DNA of 47,982 nucleotides from Clostridia bacterium (GTDB lineage Bacteria; Bacillota; Clostridia; Oscillospirales; Acutalibacteraceae), in contig JAFQKX010000008.1 in the NCBI GenBank assembly GCA_017414705.1, forward strand, positions 1 to 47,982. Direction: 5' to 3'. This document shows positions 41,103-47,982 of the stretch, piece by piece. A program made the position numbers and the translations under genes. The notes beneath the pieces were generated by a model. That model was not told the DNA's origin. It made no database searches and was given only the letters and a program-made list of their open reading frames with translations. Within the stretch, counting starts at the first letter, position 1. Each line of letters begins with the position of its first letter.

Positions 41103-42893
41103 ATGTATCGTGCTCATGTATTAGTTTGCGGCGGTACCGGATGTACGTCCTCCGGCAGCGCCAAGATCATTACCGCGTTTGAAAGCGAACTCGAGCAAGC
41201 CAATCTCGGTAATGAAGTCAAGGTCATCCGCACCGGCTGTTTCGGTCTGTGCGCCGAAGGCCCCATCGTTATCGTCTATCCCGAAGGCTGCTTCTATTCC
41301 CGCGTTCAGCCCGAGGACGTCGCTGAGATCGTTGCCGAGCATTTGGTCAAGGGCCGTCCCGTCAAGCGTCTTCTGTACAAAGAGACGGTTGTGGATGAAA
41401 CCACTATCAAATCGCTCAACCACACCGGCTTCTATGAGAAGCAGCATCGTGTTGCCCTCAAGAACTGCGGTGTTATCGACCCCGAAAATATCGAAGAATA
41501 TATTGCCTACGACGGTTATCAGGCATTGGCAAAGTGCTTGACCGAGTACACCCCCGAGCAGGTCATCCAGATCATCAAGGATTCCGGTCTGCGCGGACGC
41601 GGCGGCGCAGGCTTCCCCACCGGTCTCAAGTGGTCCTTTGCGGCTGCCAATAAGGCCGATCAGAAGTATGTCTGCTGCAACGCCGACGAAGGCGACCCCG
41701 GTGCATTTATGGACCGTTCCATTTTGGAAGGCGACCCCCACGCACTGCTTGAGGCTATGGCCATTGCCGGCTATGCCATCGGTGCTACCAAGGGTTACGT
41801 TTACATCCGTGCCGAGTATCCCATCGCTGTCAAGCGTTTGGAGATCGCCATTGCACAGGCAAAAGAATACGGCTTGATGGGCAAGAACATTTTGTCCTCC
41901 GGCTTTGACTTTGATCTGGAGATCCGTCTGGGCGCAGGCGCCTTCGTCTGCGGCGAAGAGACTGCTCTGATGACCTCCATCGAAGGTAAGCGCGGCGAGC
42001 CCAGACCCAGACCTCCGTTCCCCGCAGTCAAGGGTCTGTTCCAAAAGCCCACCGTTCTCAACAACGTTGAGACCTACGCCAACATCGCCCAGATCATCCT
42101 GAACGGTCCCGAATGGTTCACCGCTATGGGTACCGAGAAGAGCAAGGGCACCAAGGTGTTCGCGCTCGGCGGCAAGATCAACAACACCGGCCTTGTCGAG
42201 GTTCCTATGGGGACCACCCTGCGTGAGGTCGTTGAAGACATCGGCGGCGGCATTCCCAATGGCAAAAAGTTCAAGGCTGCTCAGACCGGCGGTCCTTCCG
42301 GCGGTTGTATCCCTGCGCACCTCATTGATACTCCCATCGACTATGACAACCTGCTCGCCATCGGCTCCATGATGGGCTCCGGCGGTCTGATCGTTATGGA
42401 CGAGGATAACTGTATGGTCGACATCGCCAAGTTCTTCTTGGAGTTCACCGTCGAAGAATCCTGCGGTAAGTGCACTCCCTGCCGTATCGGTACCAAGCGT
42501 CTGTACGAGATGCTCGAGAAGATCACCAAGGGCGAAGGCACGCTGGAAGACCTCGACAAGATGGAAGCTCTGTGCTACTACATCAAAGAGAACTCCCTGT
42601 GCGGCTTGGGTCAGACGGCTCCCAACCCCGTTCTGTCCACCCTGCGCTACTTCCGCGATGAGTACGTTGCTCACGTCGTGGACAAGAAGTGCCCCGCAGG
42701 CGTTTGTAAGGATCTGTTGCAGTACTCCATCATCGAGGACAAGTGCAAGGGCTGTACCGCTTGTGCCAGAAAGTGCCCCGTGGGTGCGATCTCCGGCTCT
42801 GTCAAGAATCCTCACGTCATTGATACTGCAAAATGTATCAAGTGCGGCGCTTGTATCGAAACCTGCAAGTTCGACGCCATCATTCGTAAATAA
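41103..42893 (+). CDS. hydB: NuoF-like flavoprotein subunit of NAD(H)-linked [FeFe] hydrogenase (HydB)
   Basis: It has an N-terminal 2Fe-2S (VCGGTGC..CFGLCAEGP), an FMN site GRGGAGFPTGLKW, CNADEGDPGAF, ESCGKCTPCRIG and two C-terminal 4Fe-4S motifs. Confidence 0.93.
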   Translation: MYRAHVLVCGGTGCTSSGSAKIITAFESELEQANLGNEVKVIRTGCFGLCAEGPIVIVYPEGCFYSRVQPEDVAEIVAEHLVKGRPVKRLLYKETVVDETTIKSLNHTGFYEKQHRVALKNCGVIDPENIEEYIAYDGYQALAKCLTEYTPEQVIQIIKDSGLRGRGGAGFPTGLKWSFAAANKADQKYVCCNADEGDPGAFMDRSILEGDPHALLEAMAIAGYAIGATKGYVYIRAEYPIAVKRLEIAIAQAKEYGLMGKNILSSGFDFDLEIRLGAGAFVCGEETALMTSIEGKRGEPRPRPPFPAVKGLFQKPTVLNNVETYANIAQIILNGPEWFTAMGTEKSKGTKVFALGGKINNTGLVEVPMGTTLREVVEDIGGGIPNGKKFKAAQTGGPSGGCIPAHLIDTPIDYDNLLAIGSMMGSGGLIVMDEDNCMVDIAKFFLEFTVEESCGKCTPCRIGTKRLYEMLEKITKGEGTLEDLDKMEALCYYIKENSLCGLGQTAPNPVLSTLRYFRDEYVAHVVDKKCPAGVCKDLLQYSIIEDKCKGCTACARKCPVGAISGSVKNPHVIDTAKCIKCGACIETCKFDAIIRK

Positions 42894-42907
42894 GGAGGTA
42901 CGCAACT

Positions 42908-44659
42908 ATGGAAAACATGCTTAATATCAAAATTAACGGCAAAGATTATTCCGTACCCGCGGGTACCACCATTCTCGATGCCTGCCGTATGAACGGTATC
43001 TATATTCCCACGCTGTGCTACCTCAAGGACATCAACGCCATCGGCGCTTGCCGTATCTGCGTGGTCGAGGTCAAGGGCGCCAGAAGCCTGGTTGCCGCCT
43101 GCGTGTATCCCATCGACCGCGAGGGAACCGAGATCTTCACCAATTCTCCCGCCGTCATCAAATCCAGAAAGACCACCTTGGAGCTCATCCTCTCCAACCA
43201 CGAGAGAAAGTGCCTGTCCTGCGTGCGTTCCACCAACTGCGAGCTGCAGAAGCTCTGCAACGAGTACGGTGTAGACGAGTCCATGTTCGAAGGCGCAAAA
43301 ACTCCGTCCGAGATCGATGACTCCGCCATCCATATGTATCGCGACAACAGCAAGTGCATTCTCTGCCGCCGCTGCGTCGCCGCTTGCCAGAATCAGGATG
43401 TCGCCGTCATCGGTGCCAACGAGCGTGGCTTTGCCACCAACATCGGCAGTGCCTTCCAGGCAGGTCTGGGCGACGTTGCCTGCATCAACTGCGGACAGTG
43501 CATCAGCGTCTGTCCCGTCGGCGCTCTGTCCGAAAAGGACGAGACCGATAAGGTCTTTGCAGCGCTCAACGATCCCACTAAGCACGTCATCGTGCAGACC
43601 GCTCCCTCGGTGCGTGTCGGCTTGGGTGAAGAGTTCGGTATGCCCATGGGCACCATCGTCACCGGCAAAATGGTCACCGCACTCAAGATGCTCGGCTTCG
43701 ACGGCGTGTTCGATACCAACTTCTCTGCTGACCTCACCATCATGGAAGAGGCCACCGAGTTCTTGGATCGTTACACCAAGAAAGAGAATCTGCCGCTCAT
43801 CACCTCCTGCTCGCCCGGATGGGTCAAATATTGCGAGCATTACTTCCCCGATATGATTCCCAATCTGTCCTCCTGCAAATCTCCGCAGGGAATGTTCGGC
43901 GCCGTCGCCAAGACCTATTATGCCGAAAAGATGGGTATCGATCCCAAGGATATCTTCGTCGTCAGCGTTATGCCCTGTACCGCCAAGAAGTTCGAGGCTT
44001 CCCGCCACGAGCAGGCAGCGGTCAAGGGTCTTCCCGACATTGACGTTGCCATCACCGTGCGTGAGCTTGCCCGTATGATCAAAAAGTCCGGCCTGCTCTT
44101 CACCGAGCTGCCCGACTCCGAGTTTGATTCTCCGTTCGGACTTGCTTCCGGTGCCGGTACCATCTTCGGTGCCACCGGCGGTGTTATGGAAGCTGCTCTG
44201 CGTACCGCCCATGCCGTCCTCACCGGCGAAGAACTGGAAGGCAAGGCTATGGAGCTCACCGCAGTTCGCGGCGTCGAGGGTGTCAAGGAAGCTACCTTCA
44301 ACATTGCCGGCAACGAGATCCGCGTGGCAGTTGCCTCCGGTCTGGCCAACGCCAGAAAAGTCCTCGAGATGGTCAAGAACGGCGAAAAGCAGTTCGACTT
44401 CATCGAGATCATGGCTTGCCCCGGCGGCTGTGTCAACGGCGGCGGTCAGCCCATCGTTCCCTCCGCTGTGCGTAACGTTGTGGATATCCGCAAGGTCCGC
44501 GCCGCAGCCCTGTATCAAGACGATGAAAATCTGCCGGTTCGTAAGTCCCATCAGAACCCCGACATCACCCGCATCTATGACGAGTATTTCGGAAAGCCGG
44601 GCAGCCACAAGGCGCACGACATTCTGCATACTACCTATACTGCGCGTGTCAAGTATTAA
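42908..44659 (+). CDS. hydA: [FeFe] hydrogenase catalytic subunit, multimeric NuoG-like (group A3-type) HydA
   Basis: It has an N-terminal 2Fe-2S plus accessory FeS Cys motifs and H-cluster motifs ITSCSPGW, MPCTAKKFE and EIMACPGGCVNGGGQP. RBS AAGGAGG. Confidence 0.93.
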   Translation: MENMLNIKINGKDYSVPAGTTILDACRMNGIYIPTLCYLKDINAIGACRICVVEVKGARSLVAACVYPIDREGTEIFTNSPAVIKSRKTTLELILSNHERKCLSCVRSTNCELQKLCNEYGVDESMFEGAKTPSEIDDSAIHMYRDNSKCILCRRCVAACQNQDVAVIGANERGFATNIGSAFQAGLGDVACINCGQCISVCPVGALSEKDETDKVFAALNDPTKHVIVQTAPSVRVGLGEEFGMPMGTIVTGKMVTALKMLGFDGVFDTNFSADLTIMEEATEFLDRYTKKENLPLITSCSPGWVKYCEHYFPDMIPNLSSCKSPQGMFGAVAKTYYAEKMGIDPKDIFVVSVMPCTAKKFEASRHEQAAVKGLPDIDVAITVRELARMIKKSGLLFTELPDSEFDSPFGLASGAGTIFGATGGVMEAALRTAHAVLTGEELEGKAMELTAVRGVEGVKEATFNIAGNEIRVAVASGLANARKVLEMVKNGEKQFDFIEIMACPGGCVNGGGQPIVPSAVRNVVDIRKVRAAALYQDDENLPVRKSHQNPDITRIYDEYFGKPGSHKAHDILHTTYTARVKY

Positions 44660-44663
44660 AGCC

Positions 44664-44701
44664 AAATCGGGATCATCCTCGGATGATCCCGATTTTTTTT
44701 G
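44664..44701 (+). terminator. Rho-independent terminator of the hydrogenase operon
   Basis: Stem AAATCGGGATCATCC pairs with GGATGATCCCGATTT, followed by an 8-T run. Confidence 0.85.
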
Positions 44702-44791
44702 CTTTTTTGCAAAAAAAGACTGTACATTTTGTAAACTTAATGCTATAATAATGACCGTTGGGCGTAAAGATGCCTGATTTTCAGAAGAGGT

Positions 44792-44867
44792 GCTACTGTG
44801 GCTCAGTTGGTAGAGCAGCTGATTCGTAATCAGCAGGTCGCCGGTTCGAGTCCGGCCAGTAGCTCCA
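44792..44867 (+). tRNA. tRNA-Thr (anticodon CGT), with encoded CCA
   Basis: Hand-folded cloverleaf: acceptor GCTACTG/CAGTAGC, D stem GCTC/GAGC, anticodon stem GCTGA/TCAGC with loop TTCGTAA, T stem GCCGG/CCGGC with loop TTCGAGT, discriminator T plus CCA. Confidence 0.92.
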
Positions 44868-44980
44868 GAAGAAAAAACGTCCAGTTTTTTGGGCGTTTTT
44901 TTCATTTTTAAGCCGTTTTTTAGCCCAAAAATGGCTTTTTTTATGCCAAACGGGCAAGTTTGACTAAAAAACGCCCTTGA

Positions 44981-45047
44981 AACATAAAAATATACAAGTT
45001 TTAGCGCTAAAACGCTATTTTTAACATAAAAATATGCAACTTTGAGC
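44981..45047 (+). repeat. Two about 25-bp direct repeats (AACATAAAAATAT[A/G]CAA[G/C]TTT[T/G]AGC) 42 bp apart
   Basis: Copies at 44981-45005 and 45023-45047 are 22/25 identical. A perfect 16-bp palindrome GTTTTAGCGCTAAAAC (44998-45013) overlaps the first copy. Confidence 0.6.
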
Positions 45048-45076
45048 AAAAAATTATTTCAATACCGTAAAAAGTA

Positions 45077-45085
45077 TGGTATAAT
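45077..45085 (+). promoter_or_regulatory. Extended -10 (TGgTATAAT) upstream of the KilA-N gene
   Basis: TGGTATAAT at 45077-45085 lies about 25 nt before ATG 45110. Confidence 0.4.
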
Positions 45086-45109
45086 ACGAATATAAGCGAG
45101 GTGGAGCGT

Positions 45110-45802
45110 ATGGAAGAGTTTACAAAAGGTGTTGTAGAAGAATATATTGCGCATCAGCGTAGAGTTCTTAATAGTTTGTTAGATAGAGGTGTTTATACAC
45201 AAGAGGGGATAGAAGATCATATTCGTTGCCTTCGTGAAACCATTGAGGAAGACTTAGATTCTAATAAGGCATATGCCTTGCTCAAAATGGAGATGGACGT
45301 TAAGAAGGGTAGTAATGACGGAGAGAAGGAATATGTTTCGCTAACCCATATTGCAAGGATGAAGAATTTTGAAAACCCAAGTTATGTTATCCAATCTTGG
45401 CTTAGAGATCGTAACACACTCGATGTTCTTTATCTTTGGGAGATAGAGAATAATCCGAATTTTCGAAAGGATGGTTACGAGAGTATTATTAATAAACTTT
45501 CAAATCCTTCCTTTACGCTAACTGCAAAAATATGGAAAGAAGAAACCGGCGCCACTGGAATAGTATCCAAGCAGGGTAATGGTGGAGGCACCTTTGCCCA
45601 TGAGGATATAGCTATTGACTTCTATGCTTGGACTTTTCCGCAGAAACGATATCAGCTCGTTAAAATAATTTCCGGAAAGGCTGCATTTTTAGATCTGATA
45701 CACGAGGAATTAGAACAACAAAAAGAAAGATATAACAATATGACACTAAATGAGCTTTGCGCATCCCAAGGCATTACACTTGTAGATAAATTTGGAGAAT
45801 AA
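45110..45802 (+). CDS. KilA-N domain DNA-binding protein
   Basis: ATG 45110 follows GAGGTGGAG. The segments ..SLTHIARMKNFENPSYVIQSWLRDRNTLDVLYLWEIENNPNF.. and ..GGGTFAHEDIAIDFYAW.. match my memory of the KilA-N family. Confidence 0.8.
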   Translation: MEEFTKGVVEEYIAHQRRVLNSLLDRGVYTQEGIEDHIRCLRETIEEDLDSNKAYALLKMEMDVKKGSNDGEKEYVSLTHIARMKNFENPSYVIQSWLRDRNTLDVLYLWEIENNPNFRKDGYESIINKLSNPSFTLTAKIWKEETGATGIVSKQGNGGGTFAHEDIAIDFYAWTFPQKRYQLVKIISGKAAFLDLIHEELEQQKERYNNMTLNELCASQGITLVDKFGE

Positions 45803-45831
45803 ATATATAGAAAAATCGTTATGAGATGAGA

Positions 45832-45860
45832 AAAGCAGCCAAATTTGGCTGCTTTTTTAG
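45832..45860. terminator. Terminator after the KilA-N gene
   Basis: Stem AAAGCAGCC pairs with GGCTGCTTT around loop AAATTT, followed by TTT. Confidence 0.7.
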
Positions 45861-45903
45861 TGCAATATGTATGGAGCATATATTGAGATGGCGATAATTA
45901 TAG

Positions 45904-46437
45904 TTAATGTTCAGGTATATCGTTTTTAAGAAAGTTTGATTGAGCAATATATGGTGATTCTATTCTTAATCCTTTGTGCTTAAGAACACGAAACTTAAAA
46001 TCTAATAATTCAGCCGGAACATAAAGCTCTTTTGCCATACTAAAAAATGATTTATCTTTATCATTAAGCAAATCAAGTATTTCTTCATCGGATATAATTA
46101 GTTCTGCCGCAAACAAATTGGCTTCATATTCTGTTGGTATTAGAGTATCAAAAAGTTCCAATTCCTGAAACCCGCGCATTGCTGCTAAGTTGCCGTGTAA
46201 AACGGCATGTCCGAGTTCATGCGCACAAAGAATCCGTCTGACAATTGTTCCTGAACGAGAATTTATAATAATATTCTTGATTCTCGATTGATAGAAATAG
46301 TAAGCTTTTAAAGCATTTCCAAGATCCTTGTAGTGGATATGCATATCCATATTTTTGCATATTTCAAAAGGATCTCGGGTATTAAATTTTCTTGTAATTC
46401 TATCCACTTTTTCGGGGATGAAATCAACATTTGACAT
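45904..46437 (-). CDS. ImmA/IrrE-family metallopeptidase
   Basis: ATG 46437 follows AAAGGAGAG. It has the HEXXH motif (CAHELGHAVLH) plus the downstream EYEANLFAAELI motif. Confidence 0.88.
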   Translation of the reverse strand: MSNVDFIPEKVDRITRKFNTRDPFEICKNMDMHIHYKDLGNALKAYYFYQSRIKNIIINSRSGTIVRRILCAHELGHAVLHGNLAAMRGFQELELFDTLIPTEYEANLFAAELIISDEEILDLLNDKDKSFFSMAKELYVPAELLDFKFRVLKHKGLRIESPYIAQSNFLKNDIPEH

Positions 46438-46541
46438 AAACTCTCTCCTTTCGCAAAATAACTGCAGGTATAACCCAACTCTTCCGAAGTTCACTTTGGC
46501 AATTTAGGAAGATGGCGATTATATTATACAGTATTTGTGTC

Positions 46542-46994
46542 CTATAAATCGGACTTGTGTTTGCGAACACGTTTTTTTGGAGAAAATTTATTTCGTGCTT
46601 CTTGCTTGGAATCTAAGTATACTTCCATAAGCGATTGAAAGAAAAGTTCTTTTGCTTCATCGTCAAGTTCTCCACCAGCAAACAGCGCAGAAGCGCGAGA
46701 CAATAGTTCGGTAGCTTCACGTGCTCCTTTGTGACCGTATTGATTTTTAGAGTTTGCTATGAAAATATCGTGGTCAATATTTTTATTTGGATCGGTTTCT
46801 TCTTCATCTAATAGGTAACTCACCGAAACATTTAATGCATCGGCTAATTTACGAAGATTATTGCTACGTGGGAGAATTCCCGTTTGTTCGTAAGTGTATA
46901 GCGAACGTTCAGAAATACCGGTTTTCTCAGAAAGTTCACTTTGGGATAAATTCAGAGATAAACGAACAGTTTTAAGTTTTTCACCAAATGTCAT
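46542..46994 (-). CDS. XRE-family HTH repressor (ImmR/phage-cI-like partner of ImmA)
   Basis: The N-terminus is MTFGEKLKTVRLSLNLSQSELSEKTGISERSLYTYEQ. It lies immediately upstream of, and co-oriented with, immA. Confidence 0.88.
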   Translation of the reverse strand: MTFGEKLKTVRLSLNLSQSELSEKTGISERSLYTYEQTGILPRSNNLRKLADALNVSVSYLLDEEETDPNKNIDHDIFIANSKNQYGHKGAREATELLSRASALFAGGELDDEAKELFFQSLMEVYLDSKQEARNKFSPKKRVRKHKSDL

Positions 46995-47019
46995 AATGCA
47001 CCTCTTTTTTTATTTGCAA

Positions 47020-47090
47020 AACTTCTGATTATCTATTGACAAACTTCGGGTTTTGCTGTATACTATATCTGCAATTAACTTCCGATTATC
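47020..47090 (+). promoter_or_regulatory. Divergent switch region: plus-strand promoter with three AACTTCnG repeat boxes
   Basis: TTGACA (47036-47041), 17-nt spacer, TATACT (47059-47064). The boxes are AACTTCTGATTATC 47020-47033, AACTTCGGGTTTTG 47042-47055 and AACTTCCGATTATC 47077-47090. Confidence 0.5.
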
Positions 47091-47155
47091 ATTTTAACAA
47101 AGAATATAAGTTCTGTCAAGTATTCTTTTGAAAATAATTAAATAAGGAGCGTAAA

Positions 47156-47353
47156 ATGGATAAAAACATATTTATGGCCAGTTGCCCTATATGTGGTCGG
47201 TCATTGTTTAAAGGCACACCTGATTCATATATTGAAGGCGGATGCCCAAAATGCAAGAACTATCTTAAGATTTCCTATACACCTAATGGGGTTCAATCTG
47301 TTGTTTGTGTCGTTAAAGATGAAAAAGAGAATATTTTAATGCCGAAGAGATAA
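47156..47353 (+). CDS. Small zinc-finger protein, Mu Com-like
   Basis: It is 65 aa. CPICGRSLFKG..14..CPKCKNYLKISY resembles the Com translational-activator zinc finger. RBS AAGGAG. Confidence 0.65.
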   Translation: MDKNIFMASCPICGRSLFKGTPDSYIEGGCPKCKNYLKISYTPNGVQSVVCVVKDEKENILMPKR

Positions 47354-47379
47354 GTTGGACTTGTTAAAGAATCAAGAGG

Positions 47380-47436
47380 AACCTGGCGAATCATTGTACA
47401 GAGTACATGGTTTGTCAGGTTTTTTATTTTTTTGTT
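47380..47436 (+). terminator. Imperfect long hairpin plus T-tract after the Com-like gene
   Basis: Outer stem AACCTG/CAGGTT and inner stem TGTAC/GTACA are followed by TTTTTTATTTTTTT. Confidence 0.5.
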
Positions 47437-47438
47437 TT

Positions 47439-47463
47439 AACCCTGACAGTAGTTGTCAGGGTT
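47439..47463 (+). promoter_or_regulatory. Perfect 10-bp inverted repeat upstream of the HTH gene (candidate operator)
   Basis: AACCCTGACA-GTAGT-TGTCAGGGTT lies about 40 nt before ATG 47501. The half-site TGTCAGG recurs at 47414-47420. Confidence 0.35.
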
Positions 47464-47500
47464 AAGTTTTAAACTGTGTTCAGGAAAGGAGGGAGTACGA

Positions 47501-47851
47501 ATGGGAACCGCCGAACGAAGGACAGAAATAATGCGTGTGCTGTGCCGGAGAAGACACGAAACAATTTCAAATTTAGCGGATGAGTTCGGTGTTTCCACAA
47601 GAACCATTTTGCGAGATATTGAAGTGCTTAGTGTCACAGAGCCTATCTATACACAGTGCGGTAGATATGGCGGTGGAGTTTATGTGACTGATGATTATTC
47701 TATGACACGAATGTATATGACCGAAAGAGAATTAAATCTATTACATAAATTATCCAAAATGGCAGATGAAAAGGCTACGTGTGAATTAAGCGTAGAAGAA
47801 AACAAATTGCTTAAATCTATTATCTCGCAGTATACAAAACAAAAAAATTGA
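47501..47851 (+). CDS. HTH-domain transcriptional regulator (DeoR/HTH_11-like N-terminus)
   Basis: ATG 47501 follows AGGAAAGGAGGGAG. The segment ..RRTEIMRVLCRRRHETISNLADEFGVSTRTILRDIEVL.. is a winged-HTH pattern. Confidence 0.75.
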   Translation: MGTAERRTEIMRVLCRRRHETISNLADEFGVSTRTILRDIEVLSVTEPIYTQCGRYGGGVYVTDDYSMTRMYMTERELNLLHKLSKMADEKATCELSVEENKLLKSIISQYTKQKN

Positions 47852-47864
47852 AAGGAAATTTAGT

Positions 47865-47982
47865 ATGAAAAAAAGAGAAAAAGAACTATTTAAAAGTTTG
47901 TGCAGTTTCAAGGAAAAGGAATTTGATGAAAGTTTGCTTGATGCTGCAACTCCCGCAGTGTTGGGACATTTGTTTTTTAATC
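47865..47982 (+). CDS. Hypothetical protein, N-terminal 39 aa only; it runs off the window
   Basis: ATG 47865 lies 13 nt after the HTH gene stop and the frame stays open to the edge (MKKREKELFKSLCSFKEKEFDESLLDAATPAVLGHLFFN..). No family can be assigned from this fragment. Confidence 0.5.
   Translation, partial: MKKREKELFKSLCSFKEKEFDESLLDAATPAVLGHLFFN

Larger units (their letters stand above)
44868..47982. mobile_element. Left part of an AT-rich integrated element (prophage/ICE-like) abutting tRNA-Thr; it continues past the window end
   Basis: There is an abrupt compositional drop immediately 3' of the tRNA: hand counts give 20/60 G+C at 45121-45180 against 40/60 at 44401-44460. Gene content is KilA-N, an ImmA/XRE pair, a Com-like Zn finger and an HTH regulator. 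No integrase is present within the window. Confidence 0.7.

Noticed and set aside
41121-45049. Two long minus-strand ORFs (594 aa and 745 aa) opposite hydB and hydA. The second one runs through the tRNA-Thr gene.
   Set aside because: They are antisense to genes with complete cofactor motifs. One reads straight through a terminator and a tRNA, which a real gene would not do.
44868-45100. A second copy of the tRNA-Thr 3' end (attR-like) inside the window.
   Set aside because: No GGTTCGAGTCC-type sequence recurs downstream of 44867 within the window, so the far boundary of the element cannot be defined here.
1-47982. I looked for CRISPR arrays, rRNA genes, IS elements with transposases, reverse transcriptases (retron/DGR/group II intron) and integrases.
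   Set aside because: I found no regularly spaced direct repeats, no rRNA-like sequence, and no ORF with transposase, RT or tyrosine/serine-recombinase motifs. The island recombinase, if any, must lie outside the window.

Overview
47,982-bp chromosomal segment. From gene content it looks like a moderately GC-rich, spore-forming anaerobic Firmicute (Clostridia, Oscillospiraceae/Ruminococcaceae-like); this taxonomy is inference only. I support about 46 protein genes, one tRNA and no rRNA or CRISPR. In order: the 3' end of GTP-PEPCK; a low-GC XRE + DUF4234 two-gene cassette bracketed by a perfect 14-bp direct repeat; a 42-aa Cys/Asn/Gly-rich tiny membrane ORF missing from the ORF track; a YegS/BmrU-type lipid kinase; an ABC ATPase / ABC-2 permease / GldG-like / DUF4340 / Zn-ribbon-YcxB operon running into gyrA; a ~310-bp multi-hairpin palindromic element; DUF4190 protein; SGNH lipoprotein; trmO-prmA; lipoprotein-MBOAT-DHHW O-acylation module; YD-repeat-like membrane protein; aminotransferase-secD-secF; PrsA/SurA-like lipoprotein; a Zn-ribbon / TPM / SPFH (ydjG-ydjH-ydjI-like) operon; ypeB; PFOR (nifJ); LtaS-family sulfatase; a 10-gene hydrogenase locus (DRTGG, GHKL ATPase, sensor-type HydA paralogue, DRTGG, PHP, then HydC, GHKL ATPase, 2Fe-2S ferredoxin, HydB, HydA); tRNA-Thr(CGT). 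From about 44868 to the window end there is a sharply AT-rich integrated element (KilA-N, ImmA/XRE switch, Com-like Zn finger, HTH) that is truncated by the edge. My best candidates for a poorly described system are: (1) the sensor-hydrogenase/DRTGG/GHKL/PHP module in front of hydCBA; (2) the pspA-less Zn-ribbon/TPM/SPFH trio; (3) the ABC/GldG/DUF4340/Zn-ribbon-YcxB operon; (4) the island cargo beyond the edge. All family calls come from motif recognition by eye, with no searches run. The many very long antisense ORFs are treated as shadows of GC3-rich genes.
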